This document shows, one piece after another, positions 1 through 7,023 of a DNA stretch of 64,000 nt (positions are counted from its first letter, which is position 1; each line of letters opens with the position of its first letter). The position numbers were made by a program, and so were the translations under genes. Where the stretch lies: the NCBI GenBank assembly GCA_027486555.1, contig JAIXOX010000135.1, positions 2,802 through 66,801 of the forward strand, read 5' to 3'. Source of the stretch: Comamonadaceae bacterium (GTDB lineage Bacteria > Pseudomonadota > Gammaproteobacteria > Burkholderiales > Burkholderiaceae_C). The notes below the pieces were generated by a model. The model was not told where the DNA came from, ran no database searches, and was given only the letters and a program-made list of their open reading frames with translations.

Positions 1-18
1 GCGAAGCAGTCGTTCCAT
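1..18 (-). CDS. 5' fragment of a gene running off the window (MERLLR...), possibly AlpA-family regulator/excisionase
   Basis: AGGAG RBS (26-30, minus) 7 nt upstream of ATG at 18; MERLLR resembles AlpA N-termini; only 6 codons visible. Confidence 0.3.
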
Positions 19-29
19 GTGTTTTCTCC

Positions 30-743
30 TTAAATTTGTTCAGTTGTTGAAACCACAACCAGTTGAAGTCGTGGCGGGTTGGGAGAGGTTGCCTTCAACA
101 GCCCCGCCGACTTGAGCGCCAGCATCTTGTCAATGGTCCTCAGGTAATCACGGACATCCCGATTGCTGCCGGTGTATTTCTCCAGATTTTTGATGACCTC
201 CGCCAGCGTCATAACAACTCCCTCCTGCTGAAGGATGTACTGGGCACGGGGCGCAAATTCAGTTGGCGAAATCTGCGTGAATTCGTATTTGTCACAGCGT
301 GAGCGGACGGCTTTTTCAAACTTCATCGGGTCATTAGTCGTGAAAATCACCATCAATTGGTCCTTGTGATCGTCCATGAGCGTCCACAGGCGATTGAGGC
401 TATTTCTGTATTTGTCCAACTCATGAAACACCACTACACAGCGCTGGTGCTGTGAGTCACCAAACCAATGGATCGTGTTGGACAGATAGTTGCTGAGGTC
501 ATTACGACCAAGAAATTTCTCAATGGTGTCTTGAATGAACAGGCAAGAATTCCCGGTAAGTACTTTGGCAACCAGATTGGCGATGGTCGATTTTCCATTT
601 CCGTTTGAGCCATAAAGCATCAAATTGTCACAGGAATATCCTCCCGAAACAATCGCTTTTATAAAAAACTCAGTGTCCGGGTCATTGAAAACTACATCAT
701 TGATGGTCTGCGGGGCATACTTGATCTCGGTGCGAATGGTCAT
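30..743 (-). CDS. Clamp-loader-like (RFC small subunit / T4 gp44 / DnaX N-terminal type) AAA+ ATPase
   Basis: N-terminal KYAPQTINDVV, Walker A GSNGNGKST, degenerate Walker B VVVFHELD, sensor-1 FTTN, SRC motif AVRSRCDKYEF. Confidence 0.8.
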   Translation of the reverse strand: MTIRTEIKYAPQTINDVVFNDPDTEFFIKAIVSGGYSCDNLMLYGSNGNGKSTIANLVAKVLTGNSCLFIQDTIEKFLGRNDLSNYLSNTIHWFGDSQHQRCVVVFHELDKYRNSLNRLWTLMDDHKDQLMVIFTTNDPMKFEKAVRSRCDKYEFTQISPTEFAPRAQYILQQEGVVMTLAEVIKNLEKYTGSNRDVRDYLRTIDKMLALKSAGLLKATSPNPPRLQLVVVSTTEQI

Positions 744-769
744 TTATCTCTTTCAATTTGGTTGATGAC

Positions 770-799
770 GGCACACATGGCAGCATTGCCCTGTGTGCC
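770..799. other. Intercistronic stem-loop between the 259-aa gene and the ATPase
   Basis: GGCACACA-t-GGCA-gcat-TGCC-c-TGTGTGCC; no clear U-tract on the minus strand. Confidence 0.5.
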
Positions 800-806
800 A
801 TATTGA

Positions 807-1586
807 TCAGGCTGCTTTGAGTTCCAGTTCTTCGGCGGACTGGATGAACTTTTCGGCTTCGGCATTCAGTTGGCTCTTCTCATCATTGGTGGCCTTCCAT
901 GTTCGGGCGGCGCTACGAACCAGCGATTTGTAAACGCCCGTTTCGATACCCTCAACAACACAGACGATCTTGAATTCGCCGTTCAAGCCGGGCTGGGTAA
1001 TCAGGGCACTGATCTTTTGCGAGTTGTAGCCCGTGATGGTCAAGGAAGCCAAAGGCTTGTTGTTGCGCTGGTCGATCACAGCGTTGAGTTTTGCCACCGT
1101 CGCTTCCAGTTCTTGACGCTTCGCCTTTTTCTCTTTACTCTCTTTGGTCAAATGGGTAACGCCATCAATGCCATGGTTCTCACGAAGCCAGACAGCAAGT
1201 TCGGTCGGTTTCACATTGAACTTCTTGGCGACCTCAACTGCCTTTTGGTAGCAGAGCACTCGCTTACGGTCGCTCTTGAAGACATAACGGATCAACAAGC
1301 CCAAAACGCTGGAGTTGCTCTGAACACGAACCCCCGACTGGGTCAACTTGCTGGCGATTTCTTGGCGAAGTGCCAAGCGCTCCTCAGAGGTGCGATTGAT
1401 GAATGATTTTTCATAGAAACCATAGACTTTTCCGAGCAATCCATACAAGGCTTCGGTAGCAGTCTGGTAAAGTGTTTTTTCCCAAATATCACGCTCACCC
1501 GACAATTCCTCCAATTGCTCAATGGCTTTGTTGGTGTAGATCTGGATGGTCTTGGCGACCGTTTTGGGTTTATTGGCTGCTTTCAC
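807..1586 (-). CDS. Hypothetical protein, 259 aa, helical N-half
   Basis: Long ORF, GTG start with AGGAG 6 nt upstream, co-oriented with the ATPase; no motif recognised. Confidence 0.75.
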   Translation of the reverse strand: MKAANKPKTVAKTIQIYTNKAIEQLEELSGERDIWEKTLYQTATEALYGLLGKVYGFYEKSFINRTSEERLALRQEIASKLTQSGVRVQSNSSVLGLLIRYVFKSDRKRVLCYQKAVEVAKKFNVKPTELAVWLRENHGIDGVTHLTKESKEKKAKRQELEATVAKLNAVIDQRNNKPLASLTITGYNSQKISALITQPGLNGEFKIVCVVEGIETGVYKSLVRSAARTWKATNDEKSQLNAEAEKFIQSAEELELKAA

Positions 1587-1601
1587 TTCATTCTCCTGGA
1601 G

Positions 1602-1674
1602 TCGTCGGCGGTAAGTAACTCACTCACACTTGTTTTGCCGACAAATTGAATTCTGGAAACCTATGCGCCGACGA
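1602..1674. promoter_or_regulatory. Divergent promoter region with inverted repeat
   Basis: TCGTCGGCG (1602-1610) and CGCCGACGA (1666-1674) are exact reverse complements; a third related half-site TGCCGACA lies at 1636-1643. Confidence 0.45.
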
Positions 1675-1685
1675 TCTCGGTCAGG

Positions 1686-2672
1686 ATGACTTCTATTGAT
1701 GCCAGCCAAATGATCTATTCATCAAACAATGACGAATACGAGAAGCCCCGTCAAAAGGGCATGGACCAGTTTGGGCATGCCACCATGGATGAAGAAGTTG
1801 CCGATGCCAGCAAAAGCATCCGGCGCTGGTGGTGGGAGTACTTAAGGCTAAGCAAGGACTACTGGCTCCTGTGCCAAACGACAAAGGGTGGCATTCCTGA
1901 GACTTATGATCAGCGATTGGCCCAGATCTATTGGGACTTCGGCAATGTCCACGACTGCTCGTTCGACGAGTGGTGGCGCCGGACAGGGTCTGAGTTGTTT
2001 AGAGAGCAGCGACTTCCGCCCCGTGTTCAGCAAATCACATCGGTTGAAAGTGCCATTTCAGGTGATCGGGCGGGGAAAATTCTTGTCGAGATTCCGCTTC
2101 AACTGAGCAAGGAAACGGTTCAAAAACAGATAAACGGCATTCTTGAGCTCTATCAGGACAAGCGGCCATCAAATCGGTTGGAAACCAGCACCTCTCGATA
2201 TCCGATCAATGTCACCTTGGCCCGTTTGAATGTGCTCCAGAAGTCACATGAGGTGTTCTGCCTTCACCGTGAATTAATTGCTAAACCAGCGGCTATGTTG
2301 AAGTCAAATAGAAGCCGTTTAGACATAGAGTTTCAAGAGCGGGCAGACCTTTTCAAGATCGGCAAAGCACTTGGAATCAGTCCATCCAACGAGCGGCTGA
2401 CTGGCACGAAAGAAGAGATCGACCGCCGTGCCAACAGCATGAGACAGATGGTCTGGGTTCACATGAAAAGAGCCAAGGCGCTGATTGCCAATGTCGAGCA
2501 TGGTGTGTTCCCAGACGACGAAATGCCTGAGATGACACCACCTCGGTTTTCGACTAAGCAAGAAGCCCAACACAAGGAACTTGAGGCTCAGTGGTTGTCG
2601 TTGGACCTGTCGTCATCACTGAGTGAGAAAAAACTGGCTTTAGCACGAAGAATTCATTACGATGGCAATTAA
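1686..2672 (+). CDS. Putative FseA-like (DUF6499/DUF2285-type) transcriptional activator; start codon uncertain
   Basis: N-terminal WWWEYLRLSKDY resembles the WAWEFLRRNPDY motif; C-terminal HTH-like LFKIGKALGI...VWVHMKRAKALIANVEHG. ORF is solid, function is inferred. Confidence 0.55.
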   Translation: MTSIDASQMIYSSNNDEYEKPRQKGMDQFGHATMDEEVADASKSIRRWWWEYLRLSKDYWLLCQTTKGGIPETYDQRLAQIYWDFGNVHDCSFDEWWRRTGSELFREQRLPPRVQQITSVESAISGDRAGKILVEIPLQLSKETVQKQINGILELYQDKRPSNRLETSTSRYPINVTLARLNVLQKSHEVFCLHRELIAKPAAMLKSNRSRLDIEFQERADLFKIGKALGISPSNERLTGTKEEIDRRANSMRQMVWVHMKRAKALIANVEHGVFPDDEMPEMTPPRFSTKQEAQHKELEAQWLSLDLSSSLSEKKLALARRIHYDGN

Positions 2673-2675
2673 TAC

Positions 2676-2708
2676 ATTGTGAGCGTCTAAAAATAGGACG
2701 CTCATAAT
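2676..2708 (+). terminator. Probable intrinsic terminator separating the island core from the AT-rich cargo
   Basis: 12-bp stem ATTGTGAGCGTC/GACGCTCATAAT (one G-U pair), 9-nt loop, followed by TTTCTTCTT, starting 4 nt after the stop. Confidence 0.55.
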
Positions 2709-2741
2709 TTCTTCTTACCTGGCAATAAATGAGGAGTTGAG

Positions 2742-3842
2742 ATGGCTACGGAAGCAGAGAAAGAAAAATATCTTAGAAGCAAATCATATGCCCTGATCTA
2801 TTGGCACTCCAGTTACCAGCACCCTTTGAAGCACTTACATGATTTTCTTCTTAATGAACAAGATGAGTCTATTATCATTTCCGCTCGGTCTGAGGCTTTG
2901 ATATTTAATGATCTATATTACATCAATAGCAGTGTCGAACTTGAAAATCCTGTTTATGGAACGGCTGGAGCACTTTCTGGTAAATGTAGCAGATTAGATA
3001 TTTATTTTTGGCTTTGCTCATCGCCGATAAAGGATGTAAAAAAACTGCTAAGAAGCAATAAATCGGTCAGATCGATAATTTCTGAAATATTCAAATGCTA
3101 TAACGGCTCTATTAATGATTTTTCAACAGCCCTATTCCTGGTTGATATGAAAAATAAAAATGCTGAGGATTTGAATTTAATTTTTAAAGATTTTAAAATT
3201 TTACAGTGCTTAAAAATAGTTTGCGGAGGGGTGGAAGTTGTTTATGAATATTTACTTTCAAATTTCATATATGAAAATGAAAATCAATATGATATTTTAA
3301 GGGGCTCCCATCTCTTACATGATGAGAAAGGGGATGCCAAAATAAAAATATTCCCAGAATATCCTTCAAGTACAAAATCAAGTGAAGTATATTTTTCTCC
3401 CATTTACCAATTTTCGAAAAATACCGATTTATTTCATCTCACACCTCAAAAAATGGAGGAATATTATGATGATTATGGTTTTTCATATACCAAGAAGGGA
3501 GGAAGTTATCCTTACTATAGATTGAAATTGAATTATGTAGAAAAGATTAATCATGAATTTATAATCCCCCAGAGAGTGTATGAAATCTTGACACAGGAGC
3601 AATTGGAGAAATTGGAGTCATCTGCTGCTGACACATTGGATCGTTTTTTAATCTTTATATTCGATAATGTATTTGGATACCGTTATAAAGATATTACCTC
3701 CAGTAATGTAGAAACCATTGTATCAAACGGAAAGTGCTGGAATAATGATATGTATGAGATACTTGGCGGCGATGGGAGTGACTCTGTATATCTTGGAGAT
3801 GGTTTGTCAATTGATAAAAATGGAAATATTGTTGATGATTAA
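2742..3842 (+). CDS. Hypothetical AT-rich protein, 366 aa, with acidic Gly/Asp-rich C-terminal motif
   Basis: GAGGAG RBS at 2731-2736; ~30% GC (18/60 in the line at 3121); ends YEILGGDGSDSVYLGDGLSIDKNGNIVDD. Confidence 0.8.
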   Translation: MATEAEKEKYLRSKSYALIYWHSSYQHPLKHLHDFLLNEQDESIIISARSEALIFNDLYYINSSVELENPVYGTAGALSGKCSRLDIYFWLCSSPIKDVKKLLRSNKSVRSIISEIFKCYNGSINDFSTALFLVDMKNKNAEDLNLIFKDFKILQCLKIVCGGVEVVYEYLLSNFIYENENQYDILRGSHLLHDEKGDAKIKIFPEYPSSTKSSEVYFSPIYQFSKNTDLFHLTPQKMEEYYDDYGFSYTKKGGSYPYYRLKLNYVEKINHEFIIPQRVYEILTQEQLEKLESSAADTLDRFLIFIFDNVFGYRYKDITSSNVETIVSNGKCWNNDMYEILGGDGSDSVYLGDGLSIDKNGNIVDD

Positions 3843-4012
3843 ATTTAAGTAGGAATTAAAGATTTAAAAAATTACTTGAGGATATTTAATTTCCCCCACT
3901 TTGATGAATCTTAATAAATTAGGCCAACCATCGAAATCGATTTTTACGGATTCTATAGTTGGCCAGTTGAGTGAATTCACGTGAAATAGTTTTACTTAAA
4001 AAAAAATTCTAT

Positions 4013-5446
4013 CTATTCCTGACTCGCAATGAAAAGATTATCTTTGGCTCTTGTGAGTGCGACATAGTTAAGCCTAGCGTCATTTCTCAATAACCAATCA
4101 TCACCTCGACTTAGGTTGACTAGGGCAGCATTAGATACACCCATTCCTTTAGATGTATGTATGGTTTGAACATAAACTTTAGTGTCGGTTGATAAAACAT
4201 CCTGACGGTGACGAAAATGTGGTACATTCATTGCCGCCAATCCACGCGATATTTTTTCACAAGTCGCTCTTGTAGGCGCCATTACAAGCCATTCTTCGTC
4301 TTTTTTACTCTCGATTATTCTCATCAATTCACGTAAAGTTAAAGGGCGAGTTTGCTTTTGAGATTGATTGGTTTTGTCATTGTTATCTAGCAATACTTTG
4401 TTTATAACGCGACCATCATTATTGGAATTTGGATTGTCCGTCCATATCTTTTTCTTTCTTGAATTATAAGAATCAAGATTGATATTGTTATCAACAAATA
4501 ATTTAATATTTTTAGGAATTCTCCATGATATAGATAGCACTTCATCAGGCAGTGTTGTTGGAAATTCATTAAATAATTTTGGCGAAGCACCGAATGACTC
4601 CATAATTGCTTGATCATCGTCCCCACCAAGGATTGTCTCTTTCGCATTAGTTGCTAGTTTTTTTACTACATCCCACTGTAAGGCGCTTAGATCCTGTGCT
4701 TCATCAATAATTAGCAATTCAAACGTTGGTATTTTTTCTTTTGGAAATGTTTCTTTGGCAACTGAGAAGATCACGTCGTTGAAGTCAGCCAAATTATTTT
4801 TTTCTTTGAAATACTCATATTCTTTGTAATATTTTTGAGCAAACTCTTCAACTTCACCATCAAGAATTTTCCTCTTATAATAATTACCAAGGAGCATTTG
4901 GGCATCACTAAATGACTTTCCAAAAAATTCTGGAGAATCTCTTTTCTTATTAAACATGATGCTGTATTCGCTTAGCACTGGATGTATTGGCCTAACGACA
5001 ACACTGGTTGGATCTCCGGCTCGTAACCACTCCTCTCTAGCACCAATATTAAGATCGAATTTCTGTAAATGCTCTTTTTGACATAGTTGCTTTCCCTCTG
5101 TGCCACCCATTCTAGTTGTCAAACTGTGTAGAGTTGAAAAATTAGTGAATCTTGATGTGGGTATTTTTAATTTTTCAGATATTTTGTCTCTTGCCTCATC
5201 GGCAGCAATATTTGTAAAAGCAAAATAACCAATATTTTCCGGCATAATGCCATGATTAATTGCTTCTGTCGCAATTCTCACAAGTTCTGAAGTCTTTCCT
5301 GTTCCTGGTGGACCATATATTCTTCTGCTTGTTTGAAATTCCCAATTAATTCCCAAGGGAAAGTCAGAAGAAAATGTCTTTTCCATTGAATCTTGAAGGT
5401 TCATTTTGTGATTTCTAGTTGGTGTGGCTTTAATGAATATTTTCAA
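4013..5446 (-). CDS. Compact superfamily-1 UvrD/Rep-like helicase lacking most of the 2B domain
   Basis: Motifs I GPPGTGKT, Ia FAFTNIAA, STLHS, DFND, II DEAQD, III GDDDQAI, IV SWR, V TIHTSKG, VI YVALTRAK; TTG start with GGGAG 7 nt upstream; ~32% GC. Confidence 0.9.
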   Translation of the reverse strand: MKIFIKATPTRNHKMNLQDSMEKTFSSDFPLGINWEFQTSRRIYGPPGTGKTSELVRIATEAINHGIMPENIGYFAFTNIAADEARDKISEKLKIPTSRFTNFSTLHSLTTRMGGTEGKQLCQKEHLQKFDLNIGAREEWLRAGDPTSVVVRPIHPVLSEYSIMFNKKRDSPEFFGKSFSDAQMLLGNYYKRKILDGEVEEFAQKYYKEYEYFKEKNNLADFNDVIFSVAKETFPKEKIPTFELLIIDEAQDLSALQWDVVKKLATNAKETILGGDDDQAIMESFGASPKLFNEFPTTLPDEVLSISWRIPKNIKLFVDNNINLDSYNSRKKKIWTDNPNSNNDGRVINKVLLDNNDKTNQSQKQTRPLTLRELMRIIESKKDEEWLVMAPTRATCEKISRGLAAMNVPHFRHRQDVLSTDTKVYVQTIHTSKGMGVSNAALVNLSRGDDWLLRNDARLNYVALTRAKDNLFIASQE

Positions 5447-5524
5447 TTTAATTCTCCCATAAAAGAAGAATTTTCACAATTCAACTGATGCTAGTTTTGG
5501 GCCATTCGGGTGATTTTCGAGTGC

Positions 5525-6724
5525 CTATAGCACTAATTTATTCATAAATTGGGACCAGTCCTCCATCAGCGTCCGGCGCTTCTCTAGGTAGTCTCCACGC
5601 TGATAGGCTGCTTCGGTCTGATCAGCCAGCGAGTGGGCCAGTGATTGTTCGATCACCTCGCGGCTGTGCCCGGTTGTCTCGCCTGCCCAGTCACGGAACG
5701 AAGAGCGGAAGCCATGAACGGTATATTGCTTGAAGCCCAATGTACCCTTTAGATAGTTGCTCATTGCCATGTTCGACAAGGGCTTGCCTTTGCCTCGACT
5801 GTCGAACACCCACGGCGAACCTTCGATTCGATTGATCGATTTCAGAACTTCAATCGCCTGATCTGACAGCGGCACCCTGTGCTCACGACCCTTTTTCATT
5901 CGTTCTTTCGGGATCGTCCAAATCGCCTTGTCAAAGTCGAACTCTTCCCACTTCGCTTCAATCGTCTCGCTGGTTCTGGTCGCTGTCAAAACACACAGGA
6001 GCAAGGCTTTTGCCGACAACACTGGCGTGATACCAATCGTCTGAAATAACGCCGGGATCTGAGCGTACGGCATCGCGGCATGGTGCTTGACTCGCTGACG
6101 CTTGCTGATTGACGGCAGCAAGTGAGCCAACTTGCCTTTCCATATTGCTGGGTTGTCGCCTGTTCTGTGCCCTGACACAACAGCCCAGTCCATGATGCTT
6201 TCAATACGACCTCTGAGCCGTGTTGCCGTCTCGTTCTTTGTTGTCCAGATTGGCTTGAGAATTTCCAGCACCTGCTCAGTCGTTACCTCTGAACATGCCA
6301 AATAACCTATGACCGGATTGGCATAGGTTGTGATCGTGTTCGTCCACTGATCAGCGTGTTTAGCGTTTCGCCAGCCGTGTCGCTTTGTCTCAATGTAAAT
6401 TTGGGCGGCTCGTTGAAAAGTCATGACATCACTGGCAGCGGCAGCCGCCGCCTGAATCTTGCTTCGTTCAACTCGGGGATCACCACCTTGACGAACCAGT
6501 CTGTGGTGTTGAACTGCCGTATCCCTTGCTTCGGCCAGAGAGACATCCCTGAGCGGACCCAGACCAATCGTGTTCTTGCCGCCAGCACCCCAGCGAAAGA
6601 TCCAACTCTTGTTTGGCTGGCTCGGGTCGGGTGAAGTCTGAACCTTGAGGTACAGCCCGCCACCGTCAGCGTGAAGGCCGACCGTCTTAATTGACCTGAT
6701 TGAAAGCGCTGTTAGTTTGCCCAT
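5525..6724 (-). CDS. P4-like tyrosine integrase with N-terminal arm-DNA-binding domain
   Basis: ADGGGLYLKV N-terminus; catalytic residues TATRTSE (R), MK, HGFRSSFRDW (HxxR), SLAH, AAYQR (Y). Confidence 0.95.
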   Translation of the reverse strand: MGKLTALSIRSIKTVGLHADGGGLYLKVQTSPDPSQPNKSWIFRWGAGGKNTIGLGPLRDVSLAEARDTAVQHHRLVRQGGDPRVERSKIQAAAAAASDVMTFQRAAQIYIETKRHGWRNAKHADQWTNTITTYANPVIGYLACSEVTTEQVLEILKPIWTTKNETATRLRGRIESIMDWAVVSGHRTGDNPAIWKGKLAHLLPSISKRQRVKHHAAMPYAQIPALFQTIGITPVLSAKALLLCVLTATRTSETIEAKWEEFDFDKAIWTIPKERMKKGREHRVPLSDQAIEVLKSINRIEGSPWVFDSRGKGKPLSNMAMSNYLKGTLGFKQYTVHGFRSSFRDWAGETTGHSREVIEQSLAHSLADQTEAAYQRGDYLEKRRTLMEDWSQFMNKLVL

Positions 6725-6734
6725 GATGACCCTA

Positions 6735-6767
6735 TATCTTGAATTCCAAGATACATTCTAAGACACA
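6735..6767. promoter_or_regulatory. Putative integrase arm-type/operator sites
   Basis: Inverted repeat TATCTTG-N5-CAAGATA (6735-6753) and direct repeats AAGATACA (6748-6755) / AAGACACA (6760-6767) just upstream of int. Confidence 0.4.
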
Positions 6768-6823
6768 CTAATGAGCAAAACGCTGTAGGATTCGGCTGGA
6801 CAAACAAAGATCAATGAAATTCG

Positions 6824-6836
6824 TAAGTCCTTGATT
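6824..6836 (-). promoter_or_regulatory. IHF binding site in the att arm
   Basis: Reverse complement AATCAAGGACTTA matches the consensus WATCAANNNNTTR exactly. Confidence 0.7.
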
Positions 6837-6905
6837 TGTATAGAGTAAATTTGATTTATTGGTTGCTATTGAACAGCGCTGGACAACATAGTAGAATGAC
6901 GCCTG

Positions 6906-6913
6906 CTCCGCCA
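6906..6913 (+). other. Possible att core: displaced tRNA 3' end (CTCC-G-CCA, Ser-like discriminator G)
   Basis: CTCCGCCA lies 5 nt before a bidirectional terminator and ~180 bp from int; no complete tRNA upstream; only 8 nt, so weak on its own. Confidence 0.4.
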
Positions 6914-6918
6914 GAAAG

Positions 6919-6950
6919 AAAAAAAGCCTGCACATGTGCAGGCTTTTTTT
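6919..6950. terminator. Bidirectional intrinsic terminator
   Basis: Perfect 32-bp palindrome A7-GCCTGCACATGTGCAGGC-T7. Confidence 0.85.
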
Positions 6951-6958
6951 CGTCTTGA

Positions 6959-7015
6959 CTTGCCCTGTCATGGATTGACCAAGACAGGGCAAGATCGCCG
7001 ATTTAATCGGCGATC
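6959..7015. repeat. Two further tandem hairpins 3' of livK
   Basis: CTTGCCCTGTC/GACAGGGCAAG (6959-6993) and GATCGCCGATT-t-AATCGGCGATC (6993-7015). Confidence 0.7.
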
Positions 7016-7023
7016 AATGCAAA

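Larger units (their letters stand above)
1..6913. mobile_element. Right arm of an integrative genomic island (tyrosine-integrase type); left end outside window
   Basis: Integrase 5525-6724; att-like junction 6735-6913 (arm-type repeats, IHF site, tRNA-3'-like CTCCGCCA); low-GC cargo; core gene livK resumes at 7024. Confidence 0.85.

Noticed and set aside
2742-5446. Gabija system call
   Set aside because: The helicase is GajB-like in size, but there is no ABC-ATPase/TOPRIM GajA and the two genes are convergent rather than operonic.
6880-6913. Intact tRNA or tmRNA next to the integrase
   Set aside because: Only the terminal CTCCGCCA resembles a tRNA end; no T-loop GTTCGA or cloverleaf upstream.
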